Of a DNA stretch of 64,000 nt, positions 12,765-25,933 are shown piece after piece. The translations under genes were made by a program, and so were the position numbers. The DNA comes from Octopus vulgaris (taxonomy: Eukaryota). The stretch lies in assembly GCA_951406725.2 (NCBI GenBank), contig OX597818.1, positions 34,410,001 through 34,474,000 of the forward strand. The letters are read 5' to 3'. A model generated the notes under the pieces. It had not been told where the DNA came from. It made no database searches and saw nothing but the letters and a program-made list of their open reading frames with translations. Every line of letters begins with the position of its first letter. Position 1 is the first letter of the stretch.

Positions 12765-13285
12765 ATGAATCGGGAAATTATTGCATTTAGAGCCATTTTA
12801 TGCTACTTGAGGGTATCAGAACTGAGTGTAAGGGCGGCAGCGAATGAAATTAATGATGTGGACAGCCCAGGATCTGTCGACGAACGTGTGGCACAAAACT
12901 GGTTTAGACGTTTCAAGGAAGATGACATCAGCCTCGAACACAAAACCTTGGTCAGAGAGACGTTTAGTTGTGGAAGATGAGGCCTTGCTTCAAATGACTG
13001 AACAACAACCAAACGCATACACTCACATATTGTAGACAGAACGTATTCCTTTACAAAGTACCATCAGTTGACACTTTCATAAGCTCAGCCTTGTGAACAG
13101 ACGCAGTCGAGAAGTTTCTCAATTACCAAACTCAACGACGTGAGGACATTTGCAAACAACTGCTGGCAAATCCTCGAGATGCCCGTTTCTGGTGTCAAAT
13201 TGTAAGCGGTGAGAAAAAAATGGCTCTATTTTCATAACACCAATAAGAGAAATCAATGACTTCGTCCTGGCCAGACTTAAGAACC
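12765..13285 (+). pseudogene. mariner transposase remnant
   Basis: HTH R.ILCY...AAANEIN...V.ERVAQNWFRRFKE.D.SLE and a degraded R..ICKQLL...IVSGEKKW (IVTGDEKW motif). Confidence 0.8.
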
Positions 13286-13977
13286 TGTCTTTCCACCTCT
13301 CAGCGTCGTTGAAATATATAAGTACGAGTTGAACACTGTGGTCAACGTGATCAACTCGCTCCCGCCCTAAACTTTCAAGCCTTATTTTTCTATAGTAGAA
13401 GGAATTATTAATATTATTGGCAAACTAAATGTGACGAGCTGGTTGAGTCGTAGGTACGCCGACCAAAATGCTTAGAGGCATTTCGTCCATCTTTAAGTCC
13501 TGAGTTCAAATTCCGACGGTGTCGATTTCGGGGTCGATAAAATAAGTACCAACTGAGCTCTTGGGTCAATGGAACGATTTATTAACTCAAACAAGGGCGG
13601 TTTGAACAGAAAAGCTCCACGAGGCTCCGGCAGGGGGTGGTGGCGACTCCTGATGTACTCTTTCGCCCCAACTTACTCTCACTCTCTGTTCCTGTTTCTT
13701 GAGTAACGCTGCGATGGACTGGCGTCCCGTCCAGCTAGGGGGAACACATACGCCACAAAAACCGGGAAACCGGGCCCATGAGGCTGGCTAGGCTTGAAAA
13801 GGGCGAGGTTTACGTTTTTTTTTATATATGCACACATGTACTGGGAGGGTCTTTCTGCCAATAAAAACGCACGTATGGGTTGTAGCTCGCTACTTTATTA
13901 ATTGATCTGCCAGTCTTAAGTTATATGTTATATCTATAATTTCAAATACATAATTAATTACACATGCAAAAATATAT

Positions 13978-14030
<53 letters not shown>

Positions 14031-14550
14031 TATATATATATATTATCTTTCGCTTGTTTCAGTCACTGGACTGCGGTCATGCTGGAGTACCGCATTGAAA
14101 GGTTTTACTTGAATGAATTCACACCAATACGGATTTTAAAAAATTCTGGCACTCTTTAAATCGGACTTTTATGCCGAACCGCTAAGTTAAGGAGACGTAA
14201 ACAAACTAGCACCGGTAGTCAATCGGTGGTGGGAACAAACATGAATAAAAGAGCACACACACGCACGTGCGCACGCCTACACATGCACACACACATATAT
14301 AAATATATATATAAAACTTACTTTGAAAAGGATGCGTGGCGTTCGATCATATAATATAAATAATATATCAATATATACATATATACATACATATTTGTAC
14401 ATACCTACATATATATGCATATATTGGTACAGGACATAAAAAAAAAACGTTGAACACAATGAGAAACGAAACCATAAAAACAAAAACATAGAAACGAACT
14501 TTTTTTTTCAAACAACGAAAAAAACAGAGAAACAAGACATACAACACAAG

Positions 14551-14627
<77 letters not shown>

Positions 14628-14871
14628 CATATGCATATATATATGAGAAGAAGAAAGTAAGAGACATCTATATGTGTGTGTTTACAAGAGAAGAAGAGAA
14701 GGAGATTAAGAAATGATGTATATACACATTGTGCTACCTGTAAACTGACAAGTTGTTTGCATAAATATGATACAAACAGAATGTGCTAAGAGCAAACACA
14801 GAAGAAAACAGCCACAGAATTTTGAAGGGTGTGTGTATGCGCATGCGTGGTAGTGTGTGCATGTGAGAGAA

Positions 14872-14904
<33 letters not shown>

Positions 14905-15440
14905 GAGGCAGACGGACAGACAGACAGGGTGAGTGTGTGAGAGAGAAGGACGTGAATGGTCTGGTTTTGTAATCAACAGTTCAGCTGATCTGATCTATTC
15001 GCTGGAATAGTAAACGGTAAATTATTCCCACAATGAAGGAGCCAGCAAAATCTCAGAGCCTTATGCATACATACATACATACATACATACATACATACAT
15101 ACATACGTACATACATACATACATACATGCATGCATACATACATACATACATACACACACACACTCTTATGCAGACAAACACTCCACACACCCACACATA
15201 CACACACATGCACACACATACATAAACACACATATGTTTATGAGTTACATACAGAAGTATTTTAGATTGGTATACATACAATCTTCTGTGTGTGTATATA
15301 CACACACACACACACATAGATACATGAAAAAGTACATACATATACACACACCTACGCACGTATGTACGCACATAGCGCGTATGTACGCACATACATACAT
15401 GCGTAACAGAAATACATACATACATACATACATACATACA

Positions 15441-15472
<32 letters not shown>

Positions 15473-16248
15473 CGTACATACATACATGCATACACGCGTA
15501 CACACACACACACACACACATGCCTACATACTCAGTCAAAAACAAACATTCACACCAGAAAAAGCAATACTTGGAGTACCATATCCCAATCATCCTATTT
15601 GTCTACATTATCATTCCTTTTCTTTTCACATTTCGTGTTCCGCTGGATTACTTATTGCTAACACATATCCAGATCCCGGAAATCTGTATGTATGTATGTA
15701 TGTATGTATGTATGTATGTATGTATGTATGTATGTATGTATGTATGTATGTATGTATGTATGTGTATATGTGTGTGTATGTATGACAAGGGGCTAAACAT
15801 AGAAGAGACAAACAAGGACAGACAAAGGGATTAAGCCGATCACATCGATCCCAGTGCGTAACTGGTACTTAATTTATCGACCTCGAAAGGAGGAAAGGCA
15901 AAGTTGTATGTATGTATGTATGTATGTATGTATGTATGTATTATACCAACCAACCAAACACCCGACCTATTTGTCCATCCGCCCCAGTGCGTAACTGGTA
16001 CATAATTTATCGATCATTATCAGTGATGATATATCCAGTGGTTCTCAGCCTGAGTCCATGTGACCCCTAGGGGTTCACATAGGATGTTTTGTGGGGGAAA
16101 GTCCACCAAGCGGAATAGTATATTCGGTATCTACAGTAGTATATTAAGTGTCCATGAAAAATATGTTACTTTGGTGGTATTTATTGCAAGAAATAGCTAG
16201 ATTTCTTTCTCTGATATTTTACGTAGTTCAGCTTGCACAAATTAATGC

Positions 16249-16700
16249 GCGAGGTGTGATCAATAAGTATCCAGACTGTTGCCATAGTAATGAATCTAAA
16301 GCACGCAGAGTAAAGCCGCTTGGCACAGATTGACCTTGGACTCTGCTGTGCAGGTGTACTAAGTTTTAACGTTCTCTCTCACTTCTGCTTTTTACAGCTA
16401 TGCTTGGAAGGAACGTGTGTAGTGTATGATTGTCACATTGGCCATAACACAGAAAGTTGTCATGGTAACACCTGCTCAGAGGCCTAAGCAAAGTTGCAGG
16501 AAGTGTATGGAGAAGAGTGTATGAGCTGCACACAAGTGTATGAATGGTTCAGACGTTTCCAAAATGGCCGAAAAATGTCGATATTGAGGAACGTTCTTGG
16601 AGACCTGCAACCAGACGAACTGGGAAAAATATCGCAAATTTGCGTGCAGCTGTGGCGGAAAATCGTCGAATCGCCATCCATGAGTTATCAGAGGATGTTC
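16249..16700 (+). pseudogene. mariner 5' remnant
   Basis: TIR-like CGAGGTGTGATCAATAAGT and LQEVYGEECMSCTQVYEWFRRFQNGR HTH; truncated by a SINE at ~16703. Confidence 0.8.
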
Positions 16701-16844
16701 AACGAAATCGACCCCAGGGCTTATTCTTTGTAAGCCTTGTACTTATTCTATCGGCTTTATGCCAAATGGCTAGTTTACAGGGGCGTAAACACACCAATAT
16801 CTGTTGTCAAGATGCTGGGGGGACAAACATAGACACAAAGACAC

Positions 16845-17265
16845 ACATACATACATACATACATACATACATACATACATACATACATACATACATACAT
16901 ACATACATACATACATACATACATACATACATACATACATGGTGGTTGTCTACTCCTTAAGCTTAGTTTGGTCACCTCCTGTACCTACATCTTAGAACCA
17001 TCATGGCATCTAATGTGGCTTTTCAAACCAGACAATGTTCTGAAAAGACACCCACATAGATTACATATCCGATTTGGACCACCAAGATCTGCAGATAAGT
17101 TCTGATCATTGTGGATCTTAAAATGTCTTGTGAGGCCTCCGTTAGATTTGCAAACCTTCTGGCATACATTGCACAGACATATAGGCAGAATAGTTGGTGG
17201 AGGTTCGTTTTCCATGGGTTCGCAAATGAAATTTGAGCCAGCAAAAGAAAGGCATGGTCTGTCAC
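16845..17265 (-). mobile_element. RTE-type LINE 3' end with two C2H2-like fingers and an (ATGT)n tail
   Basis: CNVCQKVCKSNGGLTRHFKIH...CNLCGCLFRTLSGLKSHIRCH, stop, short UTR, then (ATGT)n. Confidence 0.65.
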
Positions 17266-17280
17266 AAACTGTGCACACAC

Positions 17281-17317
<37 letters not shown>

Positions 17318-17444
17318 TGAGAAAATTCTGTGAGCTTGCTTTCCTCGATTTCAGCACAACGTGTTATCATAGTGATGTATATTGTATGTGGTGAATGACG
17401 ATTTCTAAAGTCTGTTTCTCATCATATTGGCATAGCATTTTTTT

Positions 17445-19150
17445 CTTTTGCCCTTCTCCCCCGAACCCGCCCTGCAGTATCCCGCCTCCCTTTTCCCCTC
17501 ACCTACCACCTCACCACCCTACCTCTCCAACGCACCATTCTCCGAGCTTTCCGGCATCTCCAGTCTGACCCGTCCACTTCACACATCTTCCCTAACCGAC
17601 TCCTCCCCTCCTTCAAACGAGCTCACAACCTACGAGACCTCTTAGTCCACAGCTTCTTCCCAAACCCTACCTCCCAACCTGGCTCGTTCCCCTGCTCCGC
17701 CCACCCTACCGCACTTGCCCTTACCTCTCCAACACCACCCTCCTCACCGGCACCCATCATAGACCCTATGGCATCACCGACTCCTTCTCCTGCACCTCTA
17801 CCAATATCATCTATTGTATCTTCTGCTCTCTCTGCCATTCTCTGTACATCGGACAAACGGAACGCCGCTTGGCTGACCGGTTCGCGGAACACCTCCGAGA
17901 CATCCGAGACATCCGTCTCGGCAATGACACCCCGGTCTCACGCCATTTCCTCTCTACCGGTCACTCTTTGCAACACCTGTCCGTGTTCGGACTGTCCTTG
18001 CACAGAGGCCATCCTGACTCCCGTTTGCGCCGTGAACAGGGATTAATCTTCTCTCTTCGCTCCTTTACGCCATTTGGGCTCAACTCTCCTCCCCTCTTCA
18101 TCTAACCTCCTCCCCTTGCCTCTCTCCCCCTCTCTCCTACTTTCTCCCACCCATTTCTCCTCTCTTGCCCCGACTCATACTTCTCTTCACTCCTACTTCT
18201 CTTCATCCCTACTCTCTTTCTCTCTTCTTTCTTCTCTCTTACTCTCTTTCTCTCTTCCCTCTTTCTCTCTTCTCTCTTACTCTCTTTCTCTCTTTTCTCT
18301 TACTCTTCCATCTTCTCTCTTACTCTTTCACTCTCTCTTTTCTCTTACTCTCTTACTCTCTTTCTCTCTTCTCTCTTCTCTCTAACTCTCTCTCCTCACA
18401 TACCCGCCTTCCCCTTCCCCTTCATCGTCAACCCTCCCCCATAAGCCGACCCCACCCCTACACATTCCTAATCCACCTTCCCTATCCTTCCTATCTCCCC
18501 CATCCCATCCCCTACCTTCCTTATCCTTCCCATCCCCCCATCCTATCCCCTACACCCTCTCCCGCATACCCCACCTCTACCCCACCCTCTGTCTACCCAC
18601 AAGCCCCAACTCTATCCCAACCCTCAGCCGAACCCACACCCTACCCGTGATTTCCCCACTCTCGCCTCACCCACCTCCCAACAACATCACACCACACCAC
18701 ACTACACCATACAACATTACACAGTGCATCACAACACACCACCCACACACCAGCACTGACCAATTCCCATCCCCACATTTTCACACCTACACATACATAC
18801 ACGCACACGTCAAGACCACCAGCCCTCTTTCACACGCACATACGTACTCTCTTATACACACAGGCACCTTCGTGTTGGAGGTCATCTTTACTTTGTTATC
18901 TCCCCAACTTCAGTCTCCTGTGTGACCCTTCTGTCCGGCAGTCGCCATGATAGATCGGTAGCCACTACACATTATTTTTTCTCTCCTTGTTTCTCTCCTC
19001 GTTTTTTTCTGTGTCCCTTTCTGTAGAAGAGCGTAGACTCGAAATGTAAAAGACTTTTTTCAATTCCTGAGCGTTATACTAATACATCTGTTTGTTTTCT
19101 ACACCACCTGTCTTCGTCTTTTGTTTTTTTCGTGAACTCTCCCTATATAT
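17445..19150 (+). mobile_element. 5'-truncated Penelope-like element (Neptune-type GIY-YIG)
   Basis: LTYH...FKRAHNLRDLLV, then FSCTSTNIIYCIFCSLC..LYIGQTERRLADRFAEH...PVSRHF...RE..LIF.L...P.GLN (stop at 18105); CT-rich 3' region and pLTR-like end. Confidence 0.85.
19018..19051 (+). ncRNA. Degenerate minimal hammerhead motif at the PLE 3' end
   Basis: TTT-CTGTAGA-AGAGCGTAGACTC-GAAA-TGTA-AAA; core deviates from CUGANGA. Confidence 0.4.
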
Positions 19151-19504
19151 ATATAATGACGGGCTTCTTTCAGTTTCCGTCGACCAAATCCACTCACAAG
19201 ATTTTGGTCGGCCCAAGGCTATAATAGAAGACAGTTGCGTAAGGTGCCACGCAGTGGGACTGAACTCGGAACCATGTGGTTGGGAAGCATGCTTCTTTCC
19301 ACACGGCCACACCTCAAAAAATTAACAGACTTTATGTCCCTGTTGAAATTAGTAAACGTCCCACGTTTCCGAATGGAAAAATTATTCAAAAAGAAATTAT
19401 TATATAAGGTTAAGGTCAAATACTAAGAATAACCTGATAACCAAATGATAATTAGCAACACAACCAACACCAGCAATAGTAACAGTAATAATAAAAATAA
19501 ATAA

Positions 19505-19755
19505 ATGCGCCCTTTTAAAGCCTGGCCAGGCTCATGGGCCCGGGTTCCCGGTTTCAATGGTGTATGTGTTCCCCAGATGGACTGGACGCCAGTTACTCAT
19601 TTTTGCGCAGCGTTACTCATTTTTGCCAGATGAGTGGACTGGAGCAACGTGAAATGAAGTGTTTTGCTCAAGAACACAGCGCGTCGCCCGGTCCAGGAAT
19701 CGAAACAACAATCTTACGATCATGGTGCTGACACCCTAACCACTAAGCCACGCAC
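19505..19755 (-). mobile_element. tRNA-derived SINE (D-type head, C-like 3' tail)
   Basis: Minus strand TGGCTTAGTGGTTAG...TTTCGATTCC; tail CCGGGCCCATGAG..GGCCAGGCTTTAAAAGGGCG shared with 13760-13805. Confidence 0.65.
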
Positions 19756-20033
19756 CCCCGCACTAACAGTAACAGTGACAAATTATGCGTGTGCATACAA
19801 CAGCAAAGGCGATATAAACACAATTACATTCATACAGGTGCAGACGCACGCTCATAGACGCTCCTATAAACATACAGCACCTTCCCTCATAACCCTGACA
19901 AACCACTTCCATCACCGTAATACAAAGATGATGTTTTATAAGGTTAAGGTCGACTATACAAAGTAAACAATGTAGTGTGTCTTACTACTCAGCCATGATA
20001 AATATCACGAACATCACCACCAACAACAACAAA

Positions 20034-20111
<78 letters not shown>

Positions 20112-20220
20112 TGATAGATAGAAAAGCCAGATGTTTTGGTGACAAGCGAGTATGAAGTACTGATTATGAAATAGATAAAATAGATTGCCATGCGAGACTT
20201 CTTATACAAATGGTGTATAT

Positions 20221-20291
<71 letters not shown>

Positions 20292-21184
20292 TGTATGTGG
20301 ATATGTGTATGTAGGAAATGCTTTGTGTGAGGAGCAACAGAGCTGAGAGAATAAAATTGAAAAAGAATAAAAGAAAAGTAGTGAAAATGATGGGATCGAG
20401 CGGAGTAATGTGAAAATAAAGATATAGGGGGATCTCTATATACGAACATAATCCGTTCCAGAGCCCTGTTCGTATATCAAATTGTTCGTTATATGAGTAA
20501 CTATAATACGAACATACATACATACATACATACATACATACATACATACATACATACATACATACATACATACATACATGCATGCATACATACACACATG
20601 CACACACAACCGTTGTTGGTTCGTTTTATGTCCCCGTGAACTGTCGGTTCAGCAAAAGAGACTGATTGAATAAATAAAATATAAGTACTGGAGTCGATTT
20701 GCAGGACGAAACCCTTCAAGGCGCAGTCCAGTCACCAAGCCAAGTAAAAGATACAAAATTGATGCATTATGTCCATTTAGCGTATGGTTTGTATATGTTC
20801 TTCCACCAATTATAATATCTGGGCATCGTCTACTCGTAGTTTGTTGTCACAGTCACTTTATATCCGCACGGAGCCTGCTCGTTGTTCGTCGATCAATTTT
20901 CAGCTCTTTGTATGAGTTTAATTTTCTTCAGAAAAACTGTTCGTTATTCGATTTGTTCGTATAGAGAGCCGTTCGTCTATGGGAACTGTTCTGAGTGCAG
21001 GAAAGGTGTTGCTTTTGTTGCTGCTGTGGTATAACCTCAGGTCAGCTCTGACTCAACAAACCTATGATCAAAGCCGTTCCAAACGAATTAGAGCAATTGG
21101 CGTAGAAAGCTTCGTCGTTAATCCTTAGTTCGGAAGGGTTTTAGGTAATCAGAGTTGGTGGGGAAAAGGTGGGTAGAAAAGGAG

Positions 21185-21707
21185 TAAATGAGGAAAATAA
21201 TTGAAGAAAGGAAGGAAGGAAGGAAGGAAGGAAGGAAGGAAGGAAGGAAGGAAGGAAGGAAGGAAGGAAGGAAGGACGGACAGAAGGAAGGAAGAATGGG
21301 AGGGAGGAAGGAAGGAAGAAGGAAGGAAGGAAGGAAGGAAGGGAATGGAGAAAGAAAGAAAGGGAGAAGGGAAAGAAAGGGAGGAGGGAAAGAAAGGGAG
21401 AAAGGTTGGAAGGAAAGAAAGAAAGGGAGAAAGGAATGAAGGAAAAAAGGAAAGCAGAAAGGAAGGAATGAAAGAAAGAAAGGGAGAAAGGAAGGAAGGA
21501 AGGAAGGAAGGAAGGAAGGAAGAATGGGAGGAGGAAAGGAAGAGAGAATGGAAGAAGGGAAAGAAAGAAAAAGAAAGAAAGAAAGAAAGGAAGGAAGAAA
21601 GAAATGGAGGGATGAAGAAAGGGAGGGAGGAAGGAAGGAAGGAAGGAAAGAAGGAAGGAAGGAAGGAAGGAAGGAAGGAAGAATGGGAGGAGTGAAGGAA
21701 GGAAGAG

Positions 21708-21758
<51 letters not shown>

Positions 21759-21890
21759 ATGAAAGAGAGGGAAGGAGAAAGAGAGAAAGAAAGAAAGAAA
21801 GAAACAAACAAACAAACAAACAAACAAGGAAAGAGAAACAAAAGAAAGTCAGAGAAAAAGAGTGAAAGAAAGAATGAAAGACAACAAAGT
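21185..21890. repeat. Polypurine (GAAG)n/(GAAA)n tract
   Basis: Directly visible; ~700 bp, almost entirely purine on the + strand. Confidence 0.95.
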
Positions 21891-22459
21891 AGTTAAAGAG
21901 TCTTTGAGGAAGAACGAAAATAGAGAATCAGTCCAGGCAGAAGAAATTTCTATTTATACAGAGAAGGAAATGCTGGTTGCTGCACATCTGCTCATTAGAA
22001 GGGGGGGGGGGGCGGATTTGATAATTTCAAATATGTAAACACATATTTTAATTTAATTGACTTCAAATTCGTATTTAATACTAGTTGCATTTGAAGGAAA
22101 GCTTTCGTAATTTCTCCCCAGTTCCAAAGTCCCCACTAGAGTTTAAGGGAGTTAAAGAGGAAACGGAGAGAGAGAGAGAGATAAAGAGACAGAAAGAGTA
22201 AAGGATTATAAGAACGTGTATGTGTATGAGTGGATCTGCAAGCATTTGTGTGTGCATGTGTATGTGTGTGTGTGATTTAAATCCCTATCAAGGCCGGTAT
22301 CTCTTTATGTGGAAACTAAAGATAAACTCTAATAAAAATATATTTGAGATATATACATATATATGCGTGTATGTGTATGTGTGTGCCAGTGTGCATGTGT
22401 AACATGAGTGCGTGCGTGTATGCGTGCGCATATGTGCGTGTACGTCTGTGTGATGTGTG

Positions 22460-22510
<51 letters not shown>

Positions 22511-22565
22511 GGCGGTGCCCCAGCATGGCCACAGCTCATGAGCTGAAACTAGAATCAATCAATCA

Positions 22566-22602
<37 letters not shown>

Positions 22603-22604
22603 CC

Positions 22605-22964
22605 GAAGATGTGGCTGTGTGATAAGAAGCTTGCATCCCAACTACATGGTTCCGGGTTCAGTCCCACTGCGTGGCACCTTGGGCAGGTGTCTTCTACTAT
22701 AACCTCGGGCCGACCAAAGCCTTGTGAGTGGATTTGGTAGGCGGAAACTGAAAGAATCTCGTCGTGTATATTTCCTTGGGGCCGTCCAAATTAGAGCAGT
22801 CTCGAGAGTAACCGGCGGAAACTGCAGAGACGACCTGCTTCTCGACTGATGATTCAAAGCTCCGAATGACCCGTCCTTGATTTTTCCTGTCCTTTTTTTT
22901 TTATCATCTAAATGTTCGAATGTTTTGTTTTTGCCTGTTACGTTCTTGTTCCATTTGTTGTTTT

Positions 22965-22965
<1 letters not shown>
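22605..22965 (+). mobile_element. SINE A head fused to a PLE-pLTR-like segment
   Basis: The same composite with the same junction recurs at 47740-48100. Confidence 0.6.
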
Positions 22966-23048
<83 letters not shown>

Positions 23049-23330
23049 CTGTTTATCTCTCCCACCGTCGCTTGACAACCGATGGTGTGTTTACGTCCCC
23101 GTAACTTAGCGGTTCGGCAAAAGAGAGATAGAACAAGTTCTAGGCTTACAAAAAATAAGTCCTGGGGTTGATTTGTTCGACTAAAGGCGGTGCCACAGCA
23201 TGGCCGCAGTCAAATAACTGAAACAAGTAAAAGAATAAAAGGATATATATATATCGTTTTGGGATGAATTTGGTTTGCAAGATTCTTTATGTGAGTTCAT
23301 GTGTTGAAGCATATTCTGTTGCGTCTGTGG

Positions 23331-23523
23331 AGTCATTCTCTTTTAGTGCCTTATAATTTAACACACTCACCGGTAAAATTTCCACTCATTTCCTTCTTTA
23401 TTTTTTTAAACTACTGAAAATGTTGCAAGACGCACCGAAAATTTTAGAAAAATAAAGAACGAAATGAGTGGAAATTTTAACGGTGCGTGTGTTAAATTAT
23501 AAGGCACTAAAAGAGAATGACTC
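23331..23523. repeat. ~65-75-bp-arm inverted repeat
   Basis: GAGTCATTCTCTTTTAGTGCCTTATAATTTAACAC... versus ...GTGTTAAATTATAAGGCACTAAAAGAGAATGACTC. Confidence 0.85.
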
Positions 23524-23537
23524 ACCCCATTCACAAC

Positions 23538-23674
23538 AGTAAGTAGCTTGCTTACTAACCACATGGTTCCAGGTTCAGTCCCACTGCATGGCACTTTGTG
23601 TGTCTTTTACTTTAGCCTCGGGCCGACCAAAGCCTTATGAGTGGATTTGGTATACGGAAACTGAAAGAAGCTCG

Positions 23675-23729
<55 letters not shown>

Positions 23730-23920
23730 CGTGTGTGTGTGTGTACCAACATCGCTTGACAACCGATGGTGGTGTGTTTACGTTCCCGTAACTTAACGGT
23801 TCGGTAAAAAGAAACCGATAGAATAAGTACTATGCTTACAAAGAATGAGCCCTGTTCCACTAAAGGCGGTGCTCCAGCATGGTCGCAGTCAAAATGACTG
23901 AAACAGATAAAAGAATAAAA
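23538..23920 (+). mobile_element. SINE family A
   Basis: Near full-length copy with internal microsatellite and the GGCGGTGCTCCAGCATGG..GCAGTC tail. Confidence 0.85.
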
Positions 23921-24063
23921 GTATATCGGCCGAAATTGCGGGGATGATCCGGTTCTTGACTGAAGATTAAAGGCTTCAAATTACCCTTCCGTGTTTTTTG
24001 TATCGTCTATCTGGATGTTTTGCGTTCTTGTCCCATTTTGTACTTTATATATATATATATATA

Positions 24064-24225
24064 TAGTGGCCCTCCCATTTGATAGGGGCAGAAGGCGGTG
24101 CAATCTTTGTATCTCTGAGCTTTTCCACATATTGTTCGCCAGAGACAGGTTGGTAAATGGTCTTTTACAGTCGGCTTTTCGATGTCCCCATTGGAGGCGT
24201 CATACATATCTTACATATAAATGAT
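24064..24225 (+). mobile_element. PLE GIY-YIG C-terminal remnant (Naiad-like)
   Basis: A.PF....RRCNLCISE...I.......LVN......RCPH motif; directly after (TA)n. Confidence 0.6.
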
Positions 24226-25096
24226 ACCTAAGACAATTAACACCTTGTTACCCTACTAAAATGAAAATAATCTTTGGAAATAATTTTTGAAAAAGCTTTT
24301 TAAGAAATCTATGAATAACCCTTGCAAGGGGAAATTACTCCCATTAGGCGTGGAACTATATATGCCCTTAGGATTCTTTGACGATGTTAAATTTTTGACA
24401 AGCAGGCCGAGTCGAACACACGAACACAAAAATTCTTTCAGCCGCTTGACTGGTTTTTTCAGCAGTGGTCATTTTGTAGCCCCCTCGCCAGCACACGACC
24501 ACGCACACATAGGCCATCACACACATACTTGCTTATAGGAGGCTTTTTTCTCGCCCCCAAAAATACACCCAGTATTCTTAAATTCTTCAGAACATTAGTG
24601 TTAGTCACACAGAGCATCCCCACACCCCTTGCTTCCACCGACTGGATCTGACCGCCGCCTGACCTGTAGATATCTTCAACGCACCAAATCCACGATTTCA
24701 GGGTACATTGATAAACAGTTCAGCCATGGGCTCCTAAGGAGCATCTTCGTTCGAATTGCTGTGCCTCTGTTTTGTTTTGTCCTGTCAACGGAATTCCTGT
24801 TTTTTTCCTGAAGAGAAAGCCGCAATATGGTACCCTTATTTAAACAGAATTTGGAAATTTGTGGCCTTCGAAACATGTGTAGAATGTAATAAAAGGTATT
24901 CTGTACAATCTTCGTTCAACTCCATTTATTCCATTCACTAATAATAATATTAAACTTCAATTATCCGCTCCAACGCACGGTTGCAACACCAAATGGTCTT
25001 ATCTCCAACCGTGCTGTTTTCCGCTGTGATTTTTGCTACCCAGGTATCGGTTAAACCTTTGAATAATCTGTTACAAGAAAATTCATCTTTCTATTT

Positions 25097-25150
<54 letters not shown>

Positions 25151-25306
25151 TCTGTCTCTCCTCATCTCCCACGTTATCTATTATGCTCTATTCTTTTTAC
25201 CCAGAACATCGTTCCTTTCGAGTGTCCATTTCACCCAAAGGTTTTCCTGCAATGTTTGCTATTAACGTCAACAATGTCAGTCTCACGGTCTCAAAAGACG
25301 TGCAAA

Positions 25307-25344
<38 letters not shown>

Positions 25345-25349
<5 letters not shown>

Positions 25350-25550
25350 GTTAATCCAAACAAGAAAGCACAAAAAAAACACAACAACGCGAGGACGTGG
25401 AACAAATATGGTATTATTGGACGCTCAGGAAAGAAGGAAGAAGGAGGGTTTAACGTTTCGAGCGGAGCTCTTCGTCGGAAACATAGGAGAAGGAAAGATC
25501 CAGAGAAGGGAAGACAGAGGAAAAAAAATTGCCAACGGTACACAGGGAGA
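25345..25550 (-). mobile_element. PLE pLTR-like fragment with a minimal hammerhead motif (25449-25481)
   Basis: Minus strand TTT-CCGACGA-AGAGCTCCGCTC-GAAA-CGTT-AAA; architecture parallels 18940-19150; adjacent to (TA)n. Confidence 0.55.
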
Positions 25551-25773
25551 GAGAGATTTAGATATACATTAACATATATATACGCATACATGTGTTTGCA
25601 TGAGTTTGTCTGTGTGCATGTGTGTATATATATATAGATACACACACATGTATATACGTATATATATATATATATATATGTTTACACACATACATACATA
25701 CATATAACCCACACACACATATATATAACATAGTTATATATGTATGCTTATCTGTATGAGTTTGTATAGACGC

Positions 25774-25811
<38 letters not shown>

Positions 25812-25887
25812 ATGTGTGTATATTTGTGTGTGTGTGCGTGTGTAATGTATCCATGTATTTATATATGTGCATATATGTATGCGTGTG

Positions 25888-25933
<46 letters not shown>

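Noticed and set aside
16985-17284. Host C2H2 zinc-finger gene
   Set aside because: No TGEKP linkers; ends in a short UTR and (ATGT)n tail shared in style with other retroelement ends.
21118-21865. ~230-aa F/L/S/P- or R/K/E/G-rich ORFs
   Set aside because: Translations of the (GAAG)n purine tract.
24540-25100. Possible PLE ORF N-terminus on the minus strand with in-frame TGA read as selenocysteine
   Set aside because: Too degraded to assign; no SECIS seen, and the stops are explained by decay.
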